Shown: positions 21,815-31,806, counted from the stretch's first letter. The stretch: DNA of 64,000 nt from an uncultured bacterium (GCA_963749495.1 CAVVMW010000012.1:416001-480000), one strand, 5' to 3'. The notes: generated by a model from the letters alone, not told the origin. Numbers and translations: made by a program.

Positions 21815-22089
21815 AGGTGCAAGACAGAATTCTTCGCGGACCTCCAGATCGCAACTCTCAGCGCCGAACTGGGTCTTCGATCCTTCGTTTCCTTCGTTTC
21901 CTTCTGTTCTTTTCCTGCATGCCGTCGGCTGGGCACAGGAACAGAACAGAAGGAAACGAAGGAAACGAAGAGGCGGCCTCATGCGGCGGCATCAACCGGG
22001 TCCGTGCCAGTTCGTATCTGGATTCCTAGATACTTTTTGTGACGAAAGCCTAGCAAAACCCATTTTGTGAAGATTCTTGTCCTACGCCC
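21815..22089. mobile_element. MITE-like element G (about 275 bp) with central 88-bp palindrome
   Basis: CTTCGTTTCCTTCGTTTCCTTCTGTTC...GAACAGAAGGAAACGAAGGAAACGAAG at 21883-21970; flanks homologous (inverted) to 29691-29970. Confidence 0.8.
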
Positions 22090-22816
22090 ATCTCAGGCTG
22101 CCTGCCGAGCGGACAAACTCCAGGAGCCGGAACCAGTCTCCGCCCATGGCTTGCTCCGGGGCGGCCGAGAGATGCCAGGTTCGCCAGCCCTCGGACTGGG
22201 CGGGGCGAATGTCCTTGTCCAGGCGGTCTCCGGCGTAGAGGGCATCCGCCAGGCAAACCGAGCGAGCGGCGAGCGCATCCTTGAGCATCCTGAACGGGCC
22301 CGGGTCGGGCTTGCACAGACCGGCCTGGAATGAATAGAAGCAAAGTTGCGGGTCGAAGATGTCCATCGAAAGGCCCGCCGGGGCCAGCGCCTGGGCCAAT
22401 TCGCGGAGTGTGTAAGGCTGGCAGTTGGAGCAAAGACCTATCAGGGCTCCCCGCCGGAGCAACTCCGCCAGCACCTGGTCCGCGCCCGGCATTAACCGCA
22501 CGGCCCGCACCATCCGGGCGTGCGCATAGAGGAACTGGTCCAGGTCGGCTTCTGAAAGCAAACCGAGTGATGGAAGCGCCGCACGGGCGATGTCCGGCCA
22601 ATAGACTTCAGGAAACGCGGTGCCCGCGGCTTTGGCAGCCTCGCGTGCCAGCGCTATGGCATCCTGGCATTTCAGGTCGAATTCCGACAAAGAAAGCGCC
22701 GGGCGATTGGGCTCCAGCGCCTGGCACGAACTGAGCCAGCGTGCCTGGGCGTCCGGCGGGGCCGGACCCACTTCCAGCAGGGTGTCATAGATGTCGAAAA
22801 CAAAGGCGCGAATCAT
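22082..22816 (-). CDS. HAD family hydrolase
   Basis: FDIYDTL, SN, KPDP, GDRLDKD; stop codon supplied by the end of element G. Confidence 0.85.
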   Translation of the reverse strand: MIRAFVFDIYDTLLEVGPAPPDAQARWLSSCQALEPNRPALSLSEFDLKCQDAIALAREAAKAAGTAFPEVYWPDIARAALPSLGLLSEADLDQFLYAHARMVRAVRLMPGADQVLAELLRRGALIGLCSNCQPYTLRELAQALAPAGLSMDIFDPQLCFYSFQAGLCKPDPGPFRMLKDALAARSVCLADALYAGDRLDKDIRPAQSEGWRTWHLSAAPEQAMGGDWFRLLEFVRSAGSLRWA

Positions 22817-22905
22817 TGCGTCTGCGCCGGGCACGGTAACGGATAGAGGTCCTCCGATCAATTGTGTTGACCTCCTGGCCGTTCTGTCGAGAATGGCGGC
22901 GTGTC

Positions 22906-24252
22906 ATGGCTGACTTCTTTCAAACCGGCGCCATCGCCACGATTCACCGCCTAGGCCCCACGGACTTGGCCCGGCTGGAGCGCGAATTGACGGAGTTTGG
23001 GCAGGAAACCCCGATAGCGCTGGTCCTGCCGTGCCACATCCGCGAGGTGGGCGCCAAGGCCCTCAAGGGGATTGTCCGGGAACTGAGGCATGTTCCTTAT
23101 CTGAGCCAGGTCGTGGTGGGCATCGATGGCGCCACGGGGCTGCGGCAGTGGCGCAAGGCCCGGCACTTTTTCGAGCAGTTGCCCCAAAGGCCCGTGCTGC
23201 TCTGGAACGACGGCCCGCGAATGCAGGGGTTGCTCCGCAAGCTCGACGAGGCCGAGCTCTGCCCCGGCCCCGGGGGCAAGGGCCGCAACGTGTGGCTGTG
23301 CCTGGGCTACGTGCTCGCCAGCGAACAGGCGCGCATGGTGGCCTTGCACGATTGCGACATCCTCACTTACGACCGCGAACTGCTGGCCCGGCTCTGTTAC
23401 CCGGTCGCGCATCCCGCCCTGGGTTTCGATTTCTGCAAGGGCTATTACGCCCGCCACACCGACCGGCTGAACGGGCGCGTCATGCGCCTTTTCATGACAC
23501 CGTTGCTGCGCGCGCTCAAGACCATCCTCGGCCTGCACCCGTTCCTGGTTTACCTGGACACCTTTCGCTATCCCCTGGCCGGCGAAGTGGCCCTGGACAC
23601 CAACCTGGTCCGGCGCGTGAGGATTCCTCACGATTGGGCCCTGGAGGTCGGCATGTTGGCCGAGGTGTTCCGCAACTCGGCCCCGCGAGCGATCTGCCAG
23701 GCCGAACTGTGCAACAACTACGATCACAAACACCAGGAGCTGTCCCCGCGCGACCCGGACAAGGGCCTCAACAAGATGGCCTGCAACATCGTCAAGTCTC
23801 TCTTCCGCCGGATGGCGGCCGAAGGCATCAAGCTTGACTCGGGTCTTTTCGATACTGTGTTGAGTGCTTACGGCCGCCAGGCCGAGGACACGCTGCGCTT
23901 TTACGCGGCGGATGCCGCCGCCAATGGGCTCAAGTATCCGCGCCACGAGGAGGAAAGCGCCGTGACCACTTTTGTTCGTTCCATTCGCGTAGCGACCGAG
24001 GCCTTCCAAAGGGACCCGCTCTGGTCGCCCTTGATCCCGAACTGGAACCGGGTCGAATCCGCGTTGCCCTCCTTCCTGGACGAACTCCGCGAGGCGGTGC
24101 GGCAGGACAACGACCTCATCGAGCAGCCAATGGTTCTGGGGCGGCGTCGCGGCACGGGTGTGCTGGCCCGGAAGGCCGCGCGCGCCCAGCCGCCCTTCCT
24201 CCTGGTGCCGCCAGTGGCAGAGCCGCGCGGCGACGAGGAGGCCTCGATCTGA
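22906..24252 (+). CDS. Glycosyltransferase, glucosyl-3-phosphoglycerate synthase-like
   Basis: MADFFQTG, GKGRNVW, LHDCDI, FCKGYYAR, FRYPLAGE, NYDHKHQ, IPNWNRV. Confidence 0.8.
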   Translation: MADFFQTGAIATIHRLGPTDLARLERELTEFGQETPIALVLPCHIREVGAKALKGIVRELRHVPYLSQVVVGIDGATGLRQWRKARHFFEQLPQRPVLLWNDGPRMQGLLRKLDEAELCPGPGGKGRNVWLCLGYVLASEQARMVALHDCDILTYDRELLARLCYPVAHPALGFDFCKGYYARHTDRLNGRVMRLFMTPLLRALKTILGLHPFLVYLDTFRYPLAGEVALDTNLVRRVRIPHDWALEVGMLAEVFRNSAPRAICQAELCNNYDHKHQELSPRDPDKGLNKMACNIVKSLFRRMAAEGIKLDSGLFDTVLSAYGRQAEDTLRFYAADAAANGLKYPRHEEESAVTTFVRSIRVATEAFQRDPLWSPLIPNWNRVESALPSFLDELREAVRQDNDLIEQPMVLGRRRGTGVLARKAARAQPPFLLVPPVAEPRGDEEASI

Positions 24253-24460
24253 GCGCGTGTCGGAAAAACCCCGATTGCGAATCTTCGTCGTTCCGGCGAA
24301 TTCTTCGGAGGCCCTCTGAGATGGCCTGCGTGCGCAGGCGTGTCTGGTTGAACAGCGCGATGAGCCGAGAATCCTCGGGACACGTTGGCGGAACGAGTTG
24401 AAATGAGTTCGAGTTGAGACCGGCCTTGCTCGCGCGCCTGAAACCGCGTACTTTGCCGTC

Positions 24461-24736
24461 ATGGTGATCATCCGATTTCCCGATGAAGAGACCGAGACGC
24501 GAGCCTTAGGTTTTCTGGCGCGGCGATTCTCCGGCAAGACCTACGCCACCGGCGAGACGATCGTCCCTGAAGCCGCGTTGGCCCACCTTGCATTGGAAGG
24601 CATCAAATTCACAGTCGAGGGTCCTGCGACTTATGAGCGCCTCACGCCGCTACGAGATACTGCTGCCACTGCTTATCCTCATGAGCACTCAGCCCGGGGC
24701 TCAGGCCGTCAGGCCGATGCCCTGGGGCTTCGCTGA
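24461..24736 (+). CDS. Small hypothetical protein, with an overlapping stub of a partner gene (MSASRRYEILLPL)
   Basis: TTGCTC-17-TACTTT-6-ATG promoter; TA-like overlapping pair with the partner truncated. Confidence 0.45.
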   Translation: MVIIRFPDEETETRALGFLARRFSGKTYATGETIVPEAALAHLALEGIKFTVEGPATYERLTPLRDTAATAYPHEHSARGSGRQADALGLR

Positions 24737-24788
24737 AATTGTCGAGCTAATCCTCGACAAACCTGGAGTAATTGGCTAAGTTCGGCTC

Positions 24789-25355
24789 GTGATGGCTGCG
24801 ATTCTTGAAATGCCTGAGGTGCGACAACGGGTGTCGCCTCTGTCGGTGGAGGAGTATCACTTGCTGGGGGAGTACAACGAGCGCGGCCGGCGCACCGAGT
24901 TGATTCGCGGTATTATCATCGAGAAAATGTCCAAGTCTCCTCTCCATGGCTATATTGCCTCATTGCTCTACGATCGGCTGTCGGCGCAGTTGCCCAAGGG
25001 CTTTTCGCTGTGGAAGGAAGAGCCGCTGACGTTCCGGGATTCGGAGCCGGAGCCGGACATCTCCATCACGCGCGGCGAAAGGCGGGATTACACCCACGGG
25101 CGTCCGGTTTCGGCGGAACTGGTCGTCGAGGTCGCGGTTTCCAGTCCGGCGCTCGACCGGGAGAATGCTGGCTTGTACGCTGAGGCCGGCGTCAAGGAAT
25201 ACTGGATTATCTTGGGGAGTGAGCGGCGGGTGGAAGTGTACCGCCGGCCCGAACAGGGCCGTTACCAGGAGGTGCGGGCTCGAGGCTCGGACGACTGGCT
25301 GGAATGCGCGGCCATCCCGGGCGTGCGCCTCCTTGTGGGCGAGCTTTTCGCGTAG
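24789..25355 (+). CDS. Uma2 (DUF820) family endonuclease
   Basis: ELIRGIIIE, SEPEPD, LVVEVAVSS, YAEAGVKEYWI. Confidence 0.9.
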   Translation: MMAAILEMPEVRQRVSPLSVEEYHLLGEYNERGRRTELIRGIIIEKMSKSPLHGYIASLLYDRLSAQLPKGFSLWKEEPLTFRDSEPEPDISITRGERRDYTHGRPVSAELVVEVAVSSPALDRENAGLYAEAGVKEYWIILGSERRVEVYRRPEQGRYQEVRARGSDDWLECAAIPGVRLLVGELFA

Positions 25356-25433
25356 CGGCAGCCTGCGCCTCTGGCTCAGGGCGATGCCAATGCCGCATCC
25401 GCCTGTTCCGGAGCGTGGTTCATCATTTCAAGC

Positions 25434-26945
25434 TCATTGCCCCCGCACACGGAAGAATCCGCTGGTCCCGGCGATGGGCAACGCGAGGCTTTGGCTGTTC
25501 GTGGTCGTCACTGTGCTCCACGAATTGGCCGGGAGCGCATCGGCGCGCTCGACCACATAAGGCGGTGTGCTGCCAGCCCAGCTCAGTTCCAGGTTCGCGC
25601 CCGCCCGTGCGGAGGCGAGCGTGATGGCCTGGCCGACGGTCAGGACGACCGCGTCATAAGCGACGGCATGCACGGCATCATCGGCGCTGAGCATGAGCGT
25701 ATAGACTCCCGGGGCGCTGAAGCTGGCCGTGGTGTTTGTCTGCCAGGCGTTGGCAAAGGTGACGGTGCCCGGGCCCGAATAGAGCCTCCATTGCACCGCC
25801 GGCGGCGCGCCGGTGTAATTCACGAACCCTTGCAAGGCCGCCGGCGCGCCCAGCGGCAGAGAGCGCTCCGGGCCGGCGCTGGCAGTCGGCGCGCCGGGCG
25901 AGCGCGGGCCTTCGTTGGGCCCCGTGGCCTGGACGACCTCGAAATTCGTGATGCCGATGCTCGACAAGTGGGTGAAGGCATTGGCCGGCCAGCGGTCGTC
26001 CGGCGTGATCGAGATGGAGAAGAAGTTGCCGTTGTCCGCCACAAGGGCGCCATATTTCTTCAACCCGAGCAGGACCGCCCTCTCCTCCTTGGCCCAGTCA
26101 GCGGGAATGACAAAGCTCGACTTGAGCCGGAATCGCTGGCCCATCGCGGGACGGTTCGCCGTGGTGTAACTGCTGGCAAAGTGCGTCGCGGGATAGAGGT
26201 AGGCGCGGCGCGACTTGGCGACCACCAGGCGGCAGGCGTGCTCGACCATGCCGCGCTGGCACTCGTCGTAGCGCACCAGCCCGGCGAACATGCACAGGCC
26301 CGCCGCGTCGGCCGAGGTCCACCCGTCCGGGCGCAACGTGTTGCTCTTCAGGTCGAACTTCGCGCCGTTGGCCGCCTGCCAATTCCCGCCCGCCAACTGC
26401 GCCTGCCACATCTCCCAGACGAACCCGTTGCCCGGCTGGGCGATAATCGCATGGCGGTCTCCGGCATCATTGTTCACGTTCTGCTGCCATTGCTCGAGCG
26501 TCAGCGCCCCGGTCTCCAACGGCCAGGTCTCTATCGGCATGTTCGATGGAATCGGGTACGGTCCCGGATCGGATTCGTCCGGATACGTCGTTAGGTTGAT
26601 CGGCACCAATGGCTGCCCGTCCGGCACCAGCACGAAATTCATCTCGAAGAACCCCCGCAACGACCGCCGGCTGGAGGCAAGGTCCGAAATGACCTGGCCG
26701 ATCATGGCGTCCGAATTGGTCAGCAGCGGCCGGCGCGAGATGTCCTCATTCCAGGCACTTGTGGCCGGGAAAATCTGCATCGCCGAGAGCAGCGCATCTG
26801 CCTGGGTCGTGTTGAACAGCACAGCGTTGGCCACCACGGGCGATTCCCCGAGGATGCGGCCCTCCTGGTTGATGCGCTCGCCACCGGAGGCCCAGGGGAG
26901 CCAGGCCAGGCCCGCTGCCGCAAAAAGCAACCCGATTCTCTTCAT
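25434..26945 (-). CDS. Secreted hypothetical protein with PKD-like and C-terminal Verrucomicrobia-type domains
   Basis: Signal peptide, FPATSAWNEDIS, GDRH, SADAAGL, GLVRYDE, LKKYG, SGPGTVTF, terminal FFRV. Confidence 0.75.
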   Translation of the reverse strand: MKRIGLLFAAAGLAWLPWASGGERINQEGRILGESPVVANAVLFNTTQADALLSAMQIFPATSAWNEDISRRPLLTNSDAMIGQVISDLASSRRSLRGFFEMNFVLVPDGQPLVPINLTTYPDESDPGPYPIPSNMPIETWPLETGALTLEQWQQNVNNDAGDRHAIIAQPGNGFVWEMWQAQLAGGNWQAANGAKFDLKSNTLRPDGWTSADAAGLCMFAGLVRYDECQRGMVEHACRLVVAKSRRAYLYPATHFASSYTTANRPAMGQRFRLKSSFVIPADWAKEERAVLLGLKKYGALVADNGNFFSISITPDDRWPANAFTHLSSIGITNFEVVQATGPNEGPRSPGAPTASAGPERSLPLGAPAALQGFVNYTGAPPAVQWRLYSGPGTVTFANAWQTNTTASFSAPGVYTLMLSADDAVHAVAYDAVVLTVGQAITLASARAGANLELSWAGSTPPYVVERADALPANSWSTVTTTNSQSLALPIAGTSGFFRVRGQ

Positions 26946-27005
26946 CACAGCCATAAGCTGAGCCAGCCTGGCAGCAAGATCAAGGCCACGCTGCGCCGGA
27001 CTTGA

Positions 27006-27177
27006 GGCGTTTCCCGACACTGCCCCCGGAGTGCGCCCGTCCCCGGGCGCAGCAGCGTCGGAGCGGGCAGGCGCGCTGGGGTACTCGACCGCTGCCCCGG
27101 CTGCGGACGCTGCTGCGCCCGAGGACGGGCGCACTCCCATCTCGCCGCAGCCGGCGGGGGCGGTGTCGGGATACGCC
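27006..27177. mobile_element. MITE-like element A, copy with the GGAGTGCGCCCG REP doublet
   Basis: GGCGTTTCCCGACACTGCCCCC / GGGGGCGGTGTCGGGATACGCC. Confidence 0.75.
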
Positions 27178-27227
27178 CCCGGACTTGACGGATGGCGGGA
27201 CCCGGGCGACGGTGCGGTGCATCCGTT

Positions 27228-27601
27228 ATGAAAGTGCTTATCGTCTATTACTCTTTGAATTGATCGACAGCACCGCCGAACTCTGGCTCAAGGGCGAGAT
27301 GGAAGGCAAGCCCGCCGGCGTGTTCACCTCGACGGCCTCGACTCACGGCGGACAGGAGACCACCTTGCTCAGCATGATGATCCCCCTCCTGCACCTGGGC
27401 ATGGTGATCGTGGGGCTGCCTTATTCACTGCCCGGCATGATCCACACCGAGGCCCGCGGCGGCACGCCCTACGGCGCGACCAGCATCGCCGGCCCCAGGG
27501 GCGAATTGGAACCGAGACCCGAAGACCTCCAATTGGCCGAGGCCCTGGGCAGGAGAGTGGCCGAGACCGCAGTCAAGCTCTGCCGCCCCGCTTCGAGTTA
27601 G
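27228..27601 (+). pseudogene. wrbA: NAD(P)H:quinone oxidoreductase with internal deletion
   Basis: MKVLIVYYS joined out of frame to IDSTAELW...GKPAGVFTSTASTHGGQETT...GGTPYGA. Confidence 0.75.
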
Positions 27602-27751
27602 ATGACGCGCCGATGACCTTCGGGATGGGTTCGGCATGCGGGCGTTGCGCCCGGTCGTTCATGCCGTTGTGGCACTCACCAGGAGCGCCCCTGCCCCGGG
27701 TCGAACGCGCGGCCGGCTTGTCTTTTCCGGCGATCCCATTATCCTGCCGTG

Positions 27752-28432
27752 ATGAATGACAACAGGAGCACCTTCATCAAGGAGGACCCGTGGCGGATTT
27801 TCCGCATCATGGCGGAGTTTGTGGATTCGTTCGAGACGCTCTCGCAGGTAGGCCCCGGGGTCACGATCTTTGGCTCGGCCCGCCTGTTGCCCAGCGATCC
27901 GTATTACCAGGCGGCGGTGGAACTGGCCAAGGGCCTGGCCAGGCATAACCTGGCTATCATCACCGGCGGCGGCCCCGGCATCATGGAGGCGGCCAACAAG
28001 GGCGCCGCGCTGGCCAAGGGCAAATCGGTGGGCCTGAACATCCAGTTGCCCCGCGAGCAGACGGCCAATCGCTTCGCCAACGTCCCGATCAATTTCCACT
28101 ACTTCTTTGCCCGCAAGGTCTGCTTCGTCAAATACAGCGTCGGCTTTGTCTTCATGCCCGGCGGGTTCGGCACCCTGGACGAGTTTTTCGAGGTCCTGAC
28201 CCTGGTGCAGACGGAGCGGATCCCGGCCTTCCCGCTCATCCTATTCGGGAGCAAGCATTGGAAGGGCCTGGTGCGCTGGATGAAAGAGCGCGTGGAAAAC
28301 ACCCAGTACATCAGCCCCGGCGACCTCGACCTTTTCAAAATCACCGACGACCCGCAGGAGGCGATCGAAATCATCCTGGAATACGAACGCCGCGTCGGCC
28401 CGCCCGAGAAGGTCCCCAAGGCGTTTGCGTGA
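27752..28432 (+). CDS. TIGR00730 / LOG family protein
   Basis: TIFGSAR, TGGGPGIMEAANKGA, PGGFGTLDE. Confidence 0.92.
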   Translation: MNDNRSTFIKEDPWRIFRIMAEFVDSFETLSQVGPGVTIFGSARLLPSDPYYQAAVELAKGLARHNLAIITGGGPGIMEAANKGAALAKGKSVGLNIQLPREQTANRFANVPINFHYFFARKVCFVKYSVGFVFMPGGFGTLDEFFEVLTLVQTERIPAFPLILFGSKHWKGLVRWMKERVENTQYISPGDLDLFKITDDPQEAIEIILEYERRVGPPEKVPKAFA

Positions 28433-29690
28433 GCGTGTATCACATCAGCCGGCTTGAGAACGGCCTGACCGTCGCCACGGCGGAGATGCCGCACATGCGG
28501 AGCGTGAGCGTCGGGTTGTGGCTGGGCATCGGCGCGCGCTATGAGCCGGCGCCGCTGAGCGGGGTCTGCCATTTCATCGAGCACCTCCTCTTCAAGGGCA
28601 CCGAGAAGCGTTCGGCCAAGGAGATTTCCCAGGCCGTCGAGGGGATAGGCGGCTATCTCAATGCCTTCACCAGCGAGGAGACCACCTGCTACCACGCCCG
28701 CGCGTGCGCCGAGCGTTTCGAGGAGTTGCTGGACGTGTTGATGGACATGGCCCACGACTCGAAGTTCCGCCCGGCCGACATCGCCAAGGAACGCGAGGTG
28801 ATCAAGGAAGAGATGGCCATGTACCTGGACGAGCCGCAACACCAGGTCCAGGAGTTGCTCAACGCCACAATGTGGCCCGGCCAGCCCCTGGGCCGGTCCA
28901 TCACCGGCACCAACCGCACCCTCGACGCCATGGCGCGCCCGCACCTGGTCGGCTATCTCCAGAGCAACTACGTGGCAGCCACCACGCTGGTTGTCGCCGC
29001 GGGCAACCTCAAGCACCGCCACGCCGTCCGCGCGACAGCGCGCTATGCCCACCGGTTCCGGACCGGTGCGCCCGCGCAGTTTGCCCCGGCCCGCAACGCG
29101 CAGCAGGCGCCCCGGGTGCGGCTCCTCACCAAGCGGACCGAGCAGACCCAAATCGCCCTGGGCATTCGCACCTGCTCGCGCCACGACCGGCGCCGCTATG
29201 CCCTGCGCCTGCTCAGCACCGTCCTGGGCGAGAACATGAGTTCGCGCCTCTTCCAGGTCATCCGCGAAGACCGCGCCCTGGCCTATTCCATCTATAGCAG
29301 CCCCAGCTTTTTCCATGACACCGGCGACCTGGTCATCTCCGCAGGCCTGGACACCGACAACCTGCCCAAGACACTTCGGCTGGTGATGCGCGAATTGGGG
29401 CGGCTCATCAACTCGGCCCCCGCCGCCGCCGAACTGCGCCGCGCCCGCGATTATGTCATCGGCCAGATTGACCTCTCCCTCGAAAGCACGGACAGCCAGA
29501 TGAACTGGCTGGCCGAACAGCTCCTGGGTTATGGCCGGGTCTATCAGCCCGCCGCCATCAAACGCCGCCTGGGCGAGGTCACCCCGGGCGAAATCCGGGC
29601 CGTCGCCGGCGACTTCTTCCGCCCCGAGCGCCTGAACCTGGCGCTGGTCAGCCCCTTGAAAAAGGCGATTCCGCTGCCGTTGCGGAATTC
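28429..29690 (+). CDS. M16 family zinc peptidase (no stop before element G)
   Basis: HFIEHLLFKGT, NAFTSEE, SSRLFQVIRE..LAYSI. Confidence 0.9.
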
Positions 29691-29970
29691 GGGTGTAGAA
29701 GAGAAATCTGCACAAAATGGATTTTGCCGGGCTTTCGTCACAGAAAGTGGCCAGGAGTCCAAATCCGAACGTGGCATGGACCCGACCGATGGCGCCGCAT
29801 CAGGCCGCCTCTTCGTTTCCTTCGTTTCCTTCTGTTCTTTTCCTGCGTCCCGCCGGCTGGGCACAGGAACAAAACAGAAGGAAACGAAGGAAACGAAGGA
29901 TCGAAGGCCCGGATCGACTCTGAGGTTTGCGATCCGGAAGTCCAAGAACAATTCAATTCTGTACGGCGCC
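29691..29970. mobile_element. MITE-like element G, second copy
   Basis: Central palindrome 29811-29898; flanks are the reverse complement of those at 21815-22089. Confidence 0.8.
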
Positions 29971-29980
29971 AAAATACTTC

Positions 29981-30009
29981 TTGATTCCCCGGTGGGGCCA
30001 ACCTATATT
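29981..30009 (+). promoter_or_regulatory. sigma70-type promoter of rpmI-rplT-pheS
   Basis: TTGATT-17-TATATT. Confidence 0.55.
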
Positions 30010-30042
30010 GCGCGCTCCTTTGGAAGAAAGTTGATTGTTTTT

Positions 30043-30252
30043 ATGCGACGCCCAAAAGGCATCAAGACCAAGAAATCCGTGGCCAAGCGCTTCAAGATCA
30101 CGGCGCGCGGCAAGGTGCTGGCCTCCAGCGCCGGCAAGCGGCACTTGTTGCAGACCAAGAGCCCCAAGCGCCGTCGCAACCTGCGCGGCACTCACCGGGT
30201 GGACCCGACCGACGAATACCGGGTCACGCAGAACCTGCCCTTCAGCCATTGA
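30043..30252 (+). CDS. rpmI: 50S ribosomal protein L35
   Basis: KTKKSVAKRFKITARGKV..AGKRHLL..KSPKRRRNLR. Confidence 0.95.
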   Translation: MRRPKGIKTKKSVAKRFKITARGKVLASSAGKRHLLQTKSPKRRRNLRGTHRVDPTDEYRVTQNLPFSH

Positions 30253-30302
30253 CGCCGGCCTGGCCCCCAACCTCACTTTAACTCTCAACCCTCGCCCCCA
30301 CC

Positions 30303-30674
30303 ATGCGAATCACCAACGCCGCCGCCTCCCGCAAACGCCGCACCCGGATGATCCGGGCCGCCAAGGGCTTCCGGATGCGCCGCTCCAAGCTCTACCGTTA
30401 CGCCTCCGATGCCCTGGACCATGGCCGCTACTATGCCTATCGCGACCGCCGCGTCAAGAAGCGCACCTACCGCGCCCTCTGGCAGGTCCGCATCAACGCC
30501 GGCGCCCGCGCCGCCGGCATCACCTACAGCCGGCTCATCGAGGGCCTCAAGGCCGCCAAGGTCGCCCTGGACCGCAAGATCCTCGCCGACCTCGCCGCCA
30601 CCGACAACGCAGCGTTTAGCGAAGTGGTCAAAATCGCCCAGGACGCGTTGAAGGCCAAAGCCGCCAAGGCTTGA
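30303..30674 (+). CDS. rplT: 50S ribosomal protein L20
   Basis: AKGF, AYRDRRVKKR.YRALWQVRINA, LDRKILADLA. Confidence 0.97.
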   Translation: MRITNAAASRKRRTRMIRAAKGFRMRRSKLYRYASDALDHGRYYAYRDRRVKKRTYRALWQVRINAGARAAGITYSRLIEGLKAAKVALDRKILADLAATDNAAFSEVVKIAQDALKAKAAKA

Positions 30675-30746
30675 CATTTCCAACTTCCAATTGCCAATTG
30701 CAGTTGGCGATGGGCGACCCCTGAGCAGGCTCGCCCTTTTTATTTT

Positions 30747-31799
30747 ATGGCTGGAATCCTCGACCAAATCGGACCGCTCAAAGAGTCGGCCCTGTCCGAG
30801 CTGCGGGCCGTGCCGGACCTGGCCGCGCTGGACCAGGCGCGCGTCAATTATCTCGGTTCGCACGGCAAGTTCACGGCGCTCATCAAGCAACTGGGCACAC
30901 TGCCCAAGGAGGAGAAACCCGCCGCCGGCAAGGCCCTCAACGCTGCCAAGGTGGAACTGGAGGCCGCCCTGGCCCGGCGCCGCAGCGAACTGGAACTGGA
31001 GGCCGCCCTGCCCAAGGAACCGGCCGATCTCACGCTGCCCGGCCGCCGGCGCGCCCTGGGCAAGCTGCACCCTCTCACCCAGGTGACCGAGGACATTGTC
31101 CGCAGCTTTCGCAAGCTGGGGTTTGTCGTCGCCGACGGCCCCGAGGTCGAGGACGAGTATCATTGTTTCGACGCGCTGAACACGCCGGCCGACCACCCGG
31201 CGCGCGATACCCAGGACACGTTTTATCTGGGCGCCTGCGCCCCGGCCGGCTCCCCTTCAGCCCCCGGCCCCGCCGAGCCGGCCCCGCGTCTGCTCCTGCG
31301 CACGCACACCTCCTCGGTCCAGATCCGGGTCATGGAAAAGCAGCCGCCGCCGGTCCGCATCATCGTGCCGGGCCGGGTCTATCGCCGCGACAACGCCGAC
31401 GCCACCCATAATCCCACGTTCCACCAGGTCGAGGGCCTCTATGTGGACCGGAACGTGACGGTGGGCAACCTCAAGGGCACGGTTCAGTTTGTCTTCAGGG
31501 AATTGATGGGGCCGGAGACGCGCATCCGGTTCCGGCCGCATTACTTCAGCTATACCGAGCCGAGTTTCGAGATCGATTTCAGCAGCGCGCTCACGCGCAA
31601 GATGGGCAAGGAATGGCTCGAAATCGCCGGCTGCGGCATGGTACACCCGCAAGTCCTGGAAAACGTCGGCTACGACCCCGAGGTCTGGACCGCCTGGGCC
31701 TTCGGCTTCGGCATCGAGCGCATCGCCATGATCCGGTACGGGATCAATGACATACGGTTGTTCTATGAGAATGATCAGCGATTTTTGAAGCAGTTCTGA
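30747..31799 (+). CDS. pheS: Phenylalanine-tRNA ligase alpha subunit
   Basis: HPARDTQDTF, LRTHTS, FHQVEG, FGFGIER. Confidence 0.98.
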   Translation: MAGILDQIGPLKESALSELRAVPDLAALDQARVNYLGSHGKFTALIKQLGTLPKEEKPAAGKALNAAKVELEAALARRRSELELEAALPKEPADLTLPGRRRALGKLHPLTQVTEDIVRSFRKLGFVVADGPEVEDEYHCFDALNTPADHPARDTQDTFYLGACAPAGSPSAPGPAEPAPRLLLRTHTSSVQIRVMEKQPPPVRIIVPGRVYRRDNADATHNPTFHQVEGLYVDRNVTVGNLKGTVQFVFRELMGPETRIRFRPHYFSYTEPSFEIDFSSALTRKMGKEWLEIAGCGMVHPQVLENVGYDPEVWTAWAFGFGIERIAMIRYGINDIRLFYENDQRFLKQF

Positions 31800-31806
31800 G
31801 GTCATA

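Noticed and set aside
28258..30252. A genuine evolved peptidase-L35 fusion protein
   Set aside because: rpmI has its own promoter and ATG, and the linker is a MITE; kept only as a read-through observation
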